From IMG/VR virus record IMGVR_UViG_3300017913_001906, positions 1-50,898 of that record: a stretch of DNA of 50,898 nucleotides; one strand, written 5' to 3'. Shown here in pieces: positions 9,978-21,500 of this stretch (position 1 is the first letter of the stretch; each line of letters starts with the position of its first letter). Made by a program: the position numbers and the translations under genes. Source of the DNA: a virus (taxonomy: Duplodnaviria > Caudoviricetes). The notes beneath the pieces were generated by a model. That model had not been told where the DNA came from. It did no database searches and was given only the letters and a program-made list of their open reading frames with translations.

Positions 9978-12900
9978 ATGGCAGAGTTTAATCTAGAACG
10001 TTTTAAGTATAGTTGGAAAGGTAACTGGACAACTGGAACAGCCTATAAACGAGATGACATAGTAAGATACGGCGGTAAAAGTTATGTTTGTATTGTAACA
10101 CATACAGCAGACGCAAACTTTTACACAGATCTAGATTACATTTTGCCAGGTAGTACACCTCCAAAAGCAGAGCCTCGTTGGACACCAATGACATCTGCAA
10201 AAAGTTTTGTAGGCAGATGGGCAACAGCAACATTTTATAAAATTGGCGACATTGTACTGCATGACGGTGCTTTATATGTAGCCACAGGTGGACATAGTTC
10301 TACACAGTTTGCTACAAATGCAAGTGATTGGAGTTTGTTTGCAGATGGTGCAGGATTTGTAGAAGATTGGATCACAGACAGAGACTATGGTAGAGGTGCT
10401 ATTGTACGCTACGGTGGTATAAACTACAAATGTTTAAATGCACACTACTCACAGACTACGTTAGAAGACAACCAAAGTGATTGGGAAGTATTCTACAACG
10501 GTATTAGATTTGCAGGTGTATGGCAGAGCTCAACACAGTTTAGAAAAAATGATCTAGTATTATACGGCGGAAGTATTTTTAAGTGTACAACAACACACAC
10601 TTCAACAGACGTATTTGCTGATGATAACTTTGCTATTGAATTCGCAGGTTATCAGTTTAGTGGTGAATACAACGGTGAAACATATTACCAAGAAGGTGAT
10701 ATTGTAAGATATGGTGGTTATTTGTATTTTGCTACAGGTAACAGCATTGATGTACCTCCAGGAGAATATGAACTTGTAGATAGTACAGCAGTATGGACAC
10801 TTATGCAAAAAAGTTATAACTTCAGAGGTGAGTGGAGCCAAACAGCATACTACTACACAGGTGACTTAGTACGTAGAGGTGGTAATTTATATAAATGTAT
10901 AGTTGATATTGATGAAGCAAGTTTTGGTCTAGCACCAATAAGTCTTACAGACTATGAAGGCGCAGATGATAGTACGGTTGCAAGTGATTGGGAAAGTGTT
11001 ATTGAAACGCAAAACTGGAGAGGCACTTGGGCATATCCGAATACATATTCAATTAATGATACAGTAATTTACTTCGGTGACACTTATGTTTGTACAGAGT
11101 CTCATGTTGCATCTATTGCAAACTATCCAGGTGATAATGGTAACGGATTTGACTTCTGGAATCTACTTGTACAAGCAGGTAGCCCAGCAGGTTTAAGTCA
11201 GCCTGGCGACATGCTAATTTATGGTTTTAGATACAGCGATAAAGGAGACGGATCTACACAAGGTGCAGAGAATATTCCAATCGGTACTAAGCAACAGATA
11301 CTTACAGTAAATGATGATGACTTTGCTGCATTTAGAGAACACTTTAACGATGAACAGTGGACAGTTTATGTAAGCGTAGACGGTGTAGATGATTACGATC
11401 CGAGACGTGGACGCAACATACTATTTCCATTCAAGACAATAAAATTTGCATGTGAATATTTAGAAGATAACAAACCTGTAGCTGCACCTGGCAAAGTTAA
11501 GGTTGATACAGGATTGCACAACGTTGACAACCCAGTTGTTGTACCAGCACTTACAGTTATTATGGGAGATGAATTACGTTCAACAAAAATTGAAATGGCT
11601 CCTAAGCATCCACAAGAAGATGCCGCAGACATAAACTTTGTTACACAAGGCTTCACACATATGAGTACAGTAATTGAAAAATTACTTGTAGGTGATGCAA
11701 TTACAAACAGCCCAGGAAACAGTAAAGAACCTGTAATTGACAGTAGTTTACAAAGTGATTCAAATATTGCCGCAGTTACAAATACACTTATTTCGCAAAT
11801 AATTGCAAAGATAGAATATGACGCAGGTACTGGAGGGTTCCAGCCAACAATTACTAGTAGTCCAAACGTAACTACTGATCCTATGAGATTAGATGGTAGA
11901 ACTATTATATACAACAACAGAGAATACTTAGAAGAAGAATGTGCAAAATACATACAGGATGCATTTGCACAATATACATTTTATGATGATCATTGGGTAC
12001 GCACACAAATTAGAACAGTTCTTAGAGCACTAATTTATGATTTGAAATATCCAGGAAACGTGAAATCAGAACTTGCAGGTAGACAGATTGAAAATTCATT
12101 TACAGGTGGTAATTTAGATGATATGTTCTGGTTAAGAGATGCAACAGGATTACGTAATGCAACTCTTAATGGTTGCAAAGGTACACTTAATCCAGCAGGT
12201 GTGTTTGATATCTATCAACGTCCAACAGGAGGTGCGTATTGTGCGCTTGATCCAGGATACGGACCAGATGATGAATCAACGTGGATCTTAACACGTTCTC
12301 CATACATCCAAGGTGTAACTACTCTTGGAACAGCAGGTATAGGTAAGAAAATTGATGGTGCATTGCACAACGGCGGAAATAAGAGTATGGTTTCAAACGA
12401 CTTTACTCAAGTTATTTCAGACGGTATTGGTGCGTGGGTATTAAACAATGCAAGAGCAGAACTTGTTTCGGTGTTTACATATTATTCACAAGTTGGATAT
12501 CTAGCAGAAGACGGCGGAATTATACGTGCAACAAACGGAAACAATTCATACGGATCATACGGTAGTATTGCAGACGGAAGAGATGCAGATGAAGTTCCGC
12601 AAAAAGCAGCTGTTGATAACCAATTTGGCAATGAAGCTGTAGTAGATAAAATATTCGCAGGTGAAATTACAGATAGATTACTCGCATATGAATATACACA
12701 TGCTGGCGAAGATTATACAAGTGCAACAAGCAGTATTCTTGGTGCAGGTATTGGTGCAGAGGTAATTCATGATGATATTAGAGATGGAGGATTATTCCAA
12801 GCTAGAATCATTGATCCGCCGGATAGTGGAACTGCAGGTGGTAGTGGATTTACAGCCGTAGTAGGTAGTGCGCAGGAAGGCGATACCACCTCTATAAAAC

Positions 12901-15542
12901 TAGCATCTTCAGATGACAACACTGAAGACACCTATCGTGGTATGAGAATCATTATTACTAGTGGACCTGGCGTAGGACAATATGCTTATCTAAGCACACT
13001 TGATGAAGTAACTAAAGTTGCAACTATAAGAAAAGAGTCTGATGGTTCATTAGGTTGGGATCATATTGTTCCAGGAACAGCAATAGAAACAACACTTACA
13101 ACAGGTACACGTTACAGTATTGAACCTAGAATAACTTGTGCTGAACGCCCATTTAGCACAGGAAACAAAGAATTACCTACTCCAAGAGTTTGGAAAGATG
13201 TTGCTTACGGATACAATACTATAGTCTATCAAAATGTTAGTTTTCCTAACGGTACTGGTACTACTGTAGGTTATAGTGCAAGTAATGCAAGATTTACAAT
13301 TACAAGAAACGGAACAGTTTATAGTGCAGTAAAAATTGACGGTGGTTACGGTTATGCTGTAGGAGACACGCTTACTGTTGCTGGTAACACATTTGGTGGA
13401 ACAGCAGGCACACACGATTGTACTATTACAGTTGACAGTGTAACTAATGATAGTGCCAACAGTATTGTTAATTTTAGTGTATCAGGTAATGCAACTACTG
13501 GTGTATGGGTAGCTATATCAGGTGATAACCTAGCATCAACATCAGATCCAAACGGAGATGATTTTATCAATGGTACAATGCCAGGCCAAGGTAACTACGG
13601 AGATTGGTATAAGATTGTTGCAGGTAACAATAGATTTGTTGCATTTAGAAGTTCGTTCACAGACAAAGCTGCATATTCAATTGACGGTGCAAACTGGTTT
13701 GAAGTTACATTACCTCACGCTGGTAAATGGATGGATTGTGCATACAGCGCAGATGATAACAGATTTGTTGCTGTTGCAGAAAATGATAACACAATAATTT
13801 ATACGACATCAGGTCAAGGCTGGGAAACAGCAGAAATTCCAATTAACACATATGATGACTCCACAAACGATCAGTGGACTTGTATAACTTACGGTGCAGG
13901 ACGTTTTGTTGCAGTATCTAGTTCAAAAAGAGCTGTAGCATATTCAGAAGATGGTTTAACTTGGGCTAGATATGATTTAGCACTTCCAGATGATGAAGCT
14001 GATGATAGTAACAGCGTTTTTGATTTTGTCAGCGTAGCATATGGAAACAATATGTTTGTTGCACTTACTTCTAATAAAAACAAAGTATTTACAAGTATGG
14101 ATAGAGGTGAAACTTGGACAGCAAGAGATATGGCAAGTCCAGATGATAGTACACCGTTTAACTGGCAAAAAATTATATTTGCTAATGGTTTATTCTTTGC
14201 AGTAGGTGATACTGCTTCTAGAGTATTCGGTGCAGACGATACAACGGGTCCTACAAACTATGCTGTAACAAGTGTTGATGGTATTAATTGGACAGAACGT
14301 GATATGAACGCAACTAGAGAATGGACTTCTATTGCTTATGGTAAACCTATTACCGAAGATGGTTATTACATGGTAACAGCAAAAGATTCAGATCTAATAT
14401 ACAAAGTATATGCAGGTGCTCCAGTAAAAGCAAGAGCAAAGATATCAGGTGGTTTGATAAATGCAATTACATTATGGGATCCAGGAAGCGCATATAATGC
14501 AGCTAATCCTCCTAGCTTTGTAATTACAGATAATGACTATACAGCTGATGTATATTTTGATATGAGACTTGGTAATGGTGTTCTTGCAAATCCATCATTT
14601 ATCAACAGAGGCGCAGGATACAAAACAAGTAGTACAACAGTGACAGTGTCAGGTGATGGTTATGCTGATATTGTTCCTGCCGCAAACGTTGTAGTTGTGA
14701 AAGGATTGACAAGCTATCCTAATCCAGGAGCACAGTTGTTGTTTGACGGCATACTAGATTTAGAAACAGAACTAGATCCAAATGATTTGAAAATCTTCAG
14801 TGCTGCTATCATAACACCTCTAGCAAATGATGACGATGGTAAACTAAGAGCTAGAATACAGATATCACCGTCATTAAAGAATGGAGATAATTTAGCACAC
14901 GACACAGAAATAACTGTAAGAGAACGCTACAGTCAGTGTAGAATTAGTGGACACGACTTCTTAGATGTTGGTACAGGTAACTTTGAAGAAACAAACTATC
15001 CTGAAGTTTACGCAGGAGGAGCATTCTTTACAGCTTCTCCAGAAAATGAAGTTGTTGAAACAGATGGTGGTAGGGTATTCTATACAAGTACTGACCAAGA
15101 TGGTAACTTTAGAGCAGGTGAATTGTTCTCAGTGCAACAGGCAACAGGTGTTGTTACAATTAGTGCTGAGTATTTTGATCTTGATGGTCTATCAGAACTA
15201 TCACTAGGTGGTGTTAGACTAGGTGGTTCAGGTGCTGTTGTAAACGAATTCTCAACAGACCCTAACTTCTCGCAGGATAGTAATAACGTAATTCCGACAC
15301 AGCGAGCTATTGCAACATTCCTTGCAACACGCTTGTCAGAAGGTGGATCTGAGCTTGAAACATCCAACTTGATTGCTGGTGTTACAAGCATAGGTACAGT
15401 AGATAACATATTAACAACAACAACAAATACAGAAATCCGAGTCGAAAAACTTGCAGACTTTAGTGGTGATAAAGCAGGTGTGCAAGGTAATATGATTAGT
15501 CAGATACTGCTGATGAAAGCATTTGACAATGATGATGAGTAA
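9978..15542 (+). CDS. Giant tail/baseplate protein with N-terminal CBM5/12-like repeats, beta-helix core and beta-propeller-like repeats
   Basis: 1854 aa, SD AGGAG. It has about 7 repeats of W.G.W.....Y...D.V.Y.G..Y.C...H, the core motifs RSPYIQ, KIDGALH.GGN.SMVSNDFTQVISDGIG and ATNGNNSYG, W..(I/V).YG.G.FVA..S.DG.W repeats, and a C-terminal GHDFLD.GTGNF..TNYP. It is a paralogue of 15580..22590. Confidence 0.8.
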   Translation: MAEFNLERFKYSWKGNWTTGTAYKRDDIVRYGGKSYVCIVTHTADANFYTDLDYILPGSTPPKAEPRWTPMTSAKSFVGRWATATFYKIGDIVLHDGALYVATGGHSSTQFATNASDWSLFADGAGFVEDWITDRDYGRGAIVRYGGINYKCLNAHYSQTTLEDNQSDWEVFYNGIRFAGVWQSSTQFRKNDLVLYGGSIFKCTTTHTSTDVFADDNFAIEFAGYQFSGEYNGETYYQEGDIVRYGGYLYFATGNSIDVPPGEYELVDSTAVWTLMQKSYNFRGEWSQTAYYYTGDLVRRGGNLYKCIVDIDEASFGLAPISLTDYEGADDSTVASDWESVIETQNWRGTWAYPNTYSINDTVIYFGDTYVCTESHVASIANYPGDNGNGFDFWNLLVQAGSPAGLSQPGDMLIYGFRYSDKGDGSTQGAENIPIGTKQQILTVNDDDFAAFREHFNDEQWTVYVSVDGVDDYDPRRGRNILFPFKTIKFACEYLEDNKPVAAPGKVKVDTGLHNVDNPVVVPALTVIMGDELRSTKIEMAPKHPQEDAADINFVTQGFTHMSTVIEKLLVGDAITNSPGNSKEPVIDSSLQSDSNIAAVTNTLISQIIAKIEYDAGTGGFQPTITSSPNVTTDPMRLDGRTIIYNNREYLEEECAKYIQDAFAQYTFYDDHWVRTQIRTVLRALIYDLKYPGNVKSELAGRQIENSFTGGNLDDMFWLRDATGLRNATLNGCKGTLNPAGVFDIYQRPTGGAYCALDPGYGPDDESTWILTRSPYIQGVTTLGTAGIGKKIDGALHNGGNKSMVSNDFTQVISDGIGAWVLNNARAELVSVFTYYSQVGYLAEDGGIIRATNGNNSYGSYGSIADGRDADEVPQKAAVDNQFGNEAVVDKIFAGEITDRLLAYEYTHAGEDYTSATSSILGAGIGAEVIHDDIRDGGLFQARIIDPPDSGTAGGSGFTAVVGSAQEGDTTSIKLASSDDNTEDTYRGMRIIITSGPGVGQYAYLSTLDEVTKVATIRKESDGSLGWDHIVPGTAIETTLTTGTRYSIEPRITCAERPFSTGNKELPTPRVWKDVAYGYNTIVYQNVSFPNGTGTTVGYSASNARFTITRNGTVYSAVKIDGGYGYAVGDTLTVAGNTFGGTAGTHDCTITVDSVTNDSANSIVNFSVSGNATTGVWVAISGDNLASTSDPNGDDFINGTMPGQGNYGDWYKIVAGNNRFVAFRSSFTDKAAYSIDGANWFEVTLPHAGKWMDCAYSADDNRFVAVAENDNTIIYTTSGQGWETAEIPINTYDDSTNDQWTCITYGAGRFVAVSSSKRAVAYSEDGLTWARYDLALPDDEADDSNSVFDFVSVAYGNNMFVALTSNKNKVFTSMDRGETWTARDMASPDDSTPFNWQKIIFANGLFFAVGDTASRVFGADDTTGPTNYAVTSVDGINWTERDMNATREWTSIAYGKPITEDGYYMVTAKDSDLIYKVYAGAPVKARAKISGGLINAITLWDPGSAYNAANPPSFVITDNDYTADVYFDMRLGNGVLANPSFINRGAGYKTSSTTVTVSGDGYADIVPAANVVVVKGLTSYPNPGAQLLFDGILDLETELDPNDLKIFSAAIITPLANDDDGKLRARIQISPSLKNGDNLAHDTEITVRERYSQCRISGHDFLDVGTGNFEETNYPEVYAGGAFFTASPENEVVETDGGRVFYTSTDQDGNFRAGELFSVQQATGVVTISAEYFDLDGLSELSLGGVRLGGSGAVVNEFSTDPNFSQDSNNVIPTQRAIATFLATRLSEGGSELETSNLIAGVTSIGTVDNILTTTTNTEIRVEKLADFSGDKAGVQGNMISQILLMKAFDNDDE

Positions 15543-15552
15543 TGCCAATAAC

Positions 15553-15561
15553 GGATAAATA
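15553..15561 (+). promoter_or_regulatory. T4-type late promoter candidate (GGATAAATA)
   Basis: Intergenic ATAAATA 18 nt upstream of the ATG at 15580, followed by a GGAG SD. Confidence 0.6.
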
Positions 15562-15579
15562 TTGTAACGGAGTAAAAAA

Positions 15580-18500
15580 ATGGCAGAATTTAAACTAGGT
15601 AGAATTAGGTTTGTATGGAAAAACGTCTGGACAACAGGCACCGTATACTACAAAGATGATGTAATACAATATGGTGGACGGTTGTACATTTGTGTTACAG
15701 GACACACAGCCGCAGCAGACTTTTATACTGATCTTGACATAACACCTTCTAAGTGGAATTTGGTTAGTGATGGCCAAAATTGGAAAGGTGATTGGGCTAC
15801 AAGCACAAAATATGTTTACAATGATATTGTAAAATATGGTGCAAGACTTTACATTGCTAACACTGTTCATACTTCTGCCGCTACTGCCGACGACGGATTA
15901 GAGAACGACCTAAGCAAATGGGATGTCTTTGGCGAAGGGCTTGATTACAAAGGTGATTGGGCTGTAAGCACACGTTACAAAGTTAATGATTTTGTAAAAT
16001 ATGGTGGTATAAATTACGTATGTAACGCACTGCACACATCTGCTGCTGATGCCGACTCCGGGCTAGAAGCAAATATTTCAAACTGGGATGAGTTTGATGC
16101 AGGTACAGAATTTAAAGGTGCATGGACTGTAAGCACACGCTACAAGAAAAATGATATTGTCCGCTTTGGTGGAAACTTACATATTTGTGCAACTTATCAT
16201 ACATCTACAGATAACTTTGATACAGACGAGTCAAATTGGACATTATTTGTACAAGGTATCCAATATGAAAATGAATGGGATTTTAATAAGCAGTATCAAC
16301 AAGGTGATATTGTTTTATACGGTGGCAACCAATATATTTCTAAGCAAACACACGGTAATCAAACACCAGGTGACGACACTGCTTATTGGGAATTATATAG
16401 TAAAGGTTTAAATTGGAAGGGCGATTATGGTGAAGATAGTTCTACACAAGAATATCGTCCAGGTGACATTGTAAAAGTAAATGGCACAACTTATATTTGT
16501 ATTGACGAAACAATCGGTAACGAACCTCCAAATGCAAGTTATTGGGAAGAATTTAGTTCAGGCTTTAACTGGCGTGATGAATGGTTAGATGACCGTGAAT
16601 ACAAAAAAGGTGATGTCGTAAGATATAATACAAACAGTTACGTCTGTGTGTTAGCACACCAATCAGAAGGTGATGACTATTCGTCATTAGGTGGTGCGCA
16701 AAATTCTCGTCCAGATTTAGATACAACAGGTACTTACTGGAACATTATGACAGTTGGTACAGAGACAAGTGTCTTAACTACCAAAGGTGATATGGTATTC
16801 TATGGCGGCTCAGGACCTGCTAGATTACCAATTGGTAAAGAAGGACAAGTATTAAGAGTAAGCAACTCAGATACACCAGAATGGGCATACTTAGGATTTA
16901 CAGATGATGTATTTTATGTGTCTGAAAATGGCGTTGACAAACCTTGGCCTGCAGCAGGTGGTAGTGTAGACAATCCATTTAGAACAATCCGTTATGCTTG
17001 TGAAGCAGTAGAAAAAGGCGCATACAATAACGATGCAGCATTGTTGCTAGAACGCAACAGATTCTTTATTCAGCGTGAAACAGGTGAATGGACAGATTAT
17101 CAAATTGCTAATGATTTAGCACCGTTTACAAGTGCATTTGATTACAATCAAGGTAAGTGTGAGCGTGACGTAGGTAGAATTATTGATGCAGTTGTATGGG
17201 ATCTAAGACATAGCGGTAATGTTAAGTCAAGAGAAGCAGCTCTTAAATATGTCAATGAGCCTGGCGCATTTTACACACTAGGACAAGGTGAAGAAACTGT
17301 AGCAAGTATCAACTATGCTCTTACAGTAATGGAGAAAGTACTTGCACAATCAGATCCAACAACAAATTATCAAGATGAAAATGGTGATAACTCAACAGCT
17401 ATTGTTGCTCAATACAAAAACTCTGCATTAAAAGAAGAAGGTGTAACAACTAAAGTAACTGCACTAGTAAAAATTGTTACAGACGCAATTACAGCACAAA
17501 AAGATGATGACATTCCACCTAAAGATGATCCAACATTCTTAATTCGTGTTGCAACAGGACGTTATAAAGAAATACTTCCAATTATTGTTCCTGCAAACAC
17601 TTGTGTAATGGGCGACGAATTACGTGCTACAAACGTACAGCCTAAAACTACAACAAATGGTGCAAACCTAACTTCAAGAGACGACACACCATTTAGTTTC
17701 CAAGCAGTTACACATATGGAAAACTTGCTGGGAGACATTGTACTAGGTTCAGCTGTTACACCTACAACAGGCAATACAGAAGATCAAAGCACACTATGGC
17801 CATATGCTGTAGGTTCACAGCAAACAGCAGTCAAGCAACTTGCTCGTGTAATTAGACGTAGAATTGATTGGCATATTGGTGATAAATTAGAAAATGAATT
17901 ACAAGGTATTAATCAGTTTAGTTCAGCACTGACAGGTTATGCACGTGACCAAATTCTTTCAAATAAAGCATATTTACAAGCAGAAATTATTGCATATATT
18001 GCAGACTCATATCCTAACATCAAGTATAGTAAAACAAAATGTAAACAAGACGTTGGTTATATACTAGATGCATTAGCATACGATTTGACATATGGTGGTA
18101 ACTGGCAGTCAGTAAACGCTGGTGAAGCATACTGGCAAGGTACAACACTGCAAATTGACTCAAGTGAAAAAACAGGAACACTTGCTGCATATGAAAGACT
18201 TAAAGTTTTACTTCAAACTATTTTACGCGGATTTACTGTTACTGACGGAGATCAAGACGCTATAGATCAAGTAATGGGCGAAGGCGGCGGCGCAGCAGAC
18301 GTTACTACAGTTGATGGACTAATGGATAATATCATTGATATTATAACAAACGGAAGCAACAGAGTACCTATTGTATATCCAACAACATCAGGTGCATTAC
18401 CACAAAGAGTTGTAGCAAGTAATGATTTGAACAATGCAGTATCAACAATTAAATCACAAGTAACTTCATTTGTAAGTGCTAACTTCCCTAACTTAGATTA

Positions 18501-21500
18501 CAATAGTGCTAAATGTGAAAGAGATGTTGGCTACATAATTGATGCTATTAGATACGATTTGATGATGGGAACTAACTTTGCATCAATGGTAGTTGCATAC
18601 AGTTATTTGAGAGAACCAAGCAAAAAAGTTACAGGCGATCAAAAAGAAGCAACACTTGCAAGTTACGAATATCTAAGAACACTATGTAAAGATAATTCAG
18701 GTAACGGTGACGGCGCAGGTGAAATGGACAATCAAATTGACACAACAATTGATTGGGTCAATGACATGATCTTTAGTGGTGCCGCTGAAGGTGGTAACGA
18801 ACACTGGTGGGAACCAAACCTAGATCATGCTGTGCAACAGATTGAACTAAACCAAGATTTTATTGCAGAAGAAGTACATGCTCATATTACTGAATACTTC
18901 AAAGACAATGTAATTGCAACAACAAATTCAGGTAACACACTTACTGTAATTGATACAAGTTGGATGCGTCAATGGATGAAAGTTTCACTAGAAGGAACAG
19001 CACTAGGTGGACTAAGCACAAGCACAACCTACTACGTGAGAAACATTCTTGATGCTAACACAGTTACACTGTCAACATCAAAAGGTGGAAGCGCAGTATC
19101 TGTAACAGATGACTCAGGCGATAGTAGTAGCTTAACAATTAAAGCAGCTTACACATATTCAAAAGCAGATTGCACAAGAGATATCAAAGCATATCTAGCA
19201 GCTATCCAGTGGGACTTTGTATATCCGCATAATTGGGATAGAGATTACACTAATGACGTAACAGTATATCTAACAGGTTGTTACAAAACTAGACTTGCAG
19301 CACGTTATTATGCAAACGCTGTACTAGGATCACAGGAAGAAGATTTCTACTACCTACGTAACAACACAGGCTTACGTTTACAAACAATGGACGGACTAAA
19401 AGGCGACTTGCTTGCACCAAACCAATATGGCACAAGCAGAGTATCAGCAGGTGCATATGCATCACTTGATCCAGGTTGGGGTCCAAAGGATGAAAGAGTT
19501 TGGATTAAAACACGTTCGCCCTATGTACAGAACTGTACAACATTTGGTTTTGCAGCTGTTGGACAAAAAATTGACGGTGCCCTACATGATGGTGGTAACG
19601 ACTCAATGGTGTCAAACGACTTTACACAGGTTATCAGTGATGGTATTGGTGCATGGTTGTTAAACAACGGTAGAGCTGAAATGGTGTCAGTGTTTACATA
19701 CTACTCACACATAGGTTACTTGTGTGAATCAGGCGGTAGAGCTCGTGCTACAAACGGTAACAACTCATACGGTGATTTTGGTTCAGTAGCTGAAGGTGTT
19801 GATCCAGATGAAACACCAGTAACAGCAGTAGTTGATAACAAGTTCCAGTACGTTGCTACAATGTCAAACGCAGAAACAGATGGCGACCAAGTGCTTAATG
19901 TTGAATTTGCACACGCAGGTGAACAGTATACAGACGGAGTTATCAATATATTTGGTGGCGGCTCAGGTGCTGAAACAGAAGTAGATGAATTTAGAGATGG
20001 AGCAGTATCACAAGTTAGAATGTTGGATCAGAACGATTCATCAGGACAGCTAGGTGGTAAAGGTTATCTTGTTGTGCAAAACACTGCACAGGCAGGTACA
20101 ACCACACAGCTTACACTTGCAGCAACAGATGGTAACTTATCAACAGCATATCCGGGAATGTTACTTGTACTTACAGGTGGTAGCGGCGTTGGACAACGTG
20201 GTATTATTGATACATACGATGCAGGTTCAAAAGTTGCAACAGTCGTAAGACAATCAGATGGTGTTGCTGGTTGGGATAGTTTCCTACCAGGTAAAACTAT
20301 TGTTGCTCCAAACAGTTCAACAACATATAGGATTGAACCAGCAATTAGTTTCTCAACAGTTTCACCAAGCTCAAATGGTAGAGCTTTTGCAAGCACAGCA
20401 AACTGGAGCGATATACATTTTGCAGACTTATCAAGACAATATACAGATGTTGATGTATCAGATGGTTCATCAACAACAGCAACATTTGATGTTGATAGAG
20501 TTAGATCAAGATATTTTGTTACACTTAACGAACCAGGATTAGGATATAACAGAGGTGATGTCCTAACAATCCTAGGTAGTGCAGTTGGTGGTGTGGACAG
20601 CACGAACGATATTACAATTACAATATCAGCGGTAAACAGCACAACTGGAGCTATTGTTGCTTTTGATTACAAAGGTTTTGCAAGACAAGGTATATATCTT
20701 GCAACAGTAGACAGTGCGGCAACATTTAACTACAGCTACGATGGAACAACATGGACAGCTGGCACTTTGCCAGGAACTGCACCAGACGGTCCAACAGAAG
20801 TTGCAAGTGGTGTAACTGATGATGGCTCTTCAGATTACAAACAGAGTGTTATGGTTGTTGCAGGACAAAGTTCTGTATCAAATCAATTATGGCGTTCAAC
20901 AGATGGTGTAAACTGGACCAGTGAAGCTGCACCAGGTGGACCATACTCAAGTGCTCCGCATATTACATACGGCAATAACTTGTTTGTTGTAATATTCGAA
21001 GGTACTAGAGATGTTTTATACAGTTCAGACGGTGGCGATACTTGGGTACGCACAGAAGATGCACTTCCTTCAACAGGATATACAGCTATCACTTATGGTA
21101 GAAATAAGTTTATGGCAGTCAAGAGCGGAAGCACAGAAGCTGCAATATCAAGCGATGGTATTACTTGGACAACAATTACAATGCCAAGTTCAGCAACTTG
21201 GACAAGTATTACATACGGACAAAACAGACATCTTGCAGTAGCAGTTGATGGAACTAGTGCATTTTCAATAGATGATGGCACAAACTGGACAAGTGTTACA
21301 CTACCAACAGGTTCAGACTACAGTGATGTAGCATATGGACAAGGTAACTTTGTTGCTACAAGAACAGGAAGTTCAACATATGCGTATTCAACACATGGAC
21401 TAGTATGGGATACAGGGACTGCACAAATCAGTAGTGCTAGTGGTATCGATGCTGTAACGTTTGGTAACAACCAAGCTGTTCCAAGATTCTTTGCCGCAAC

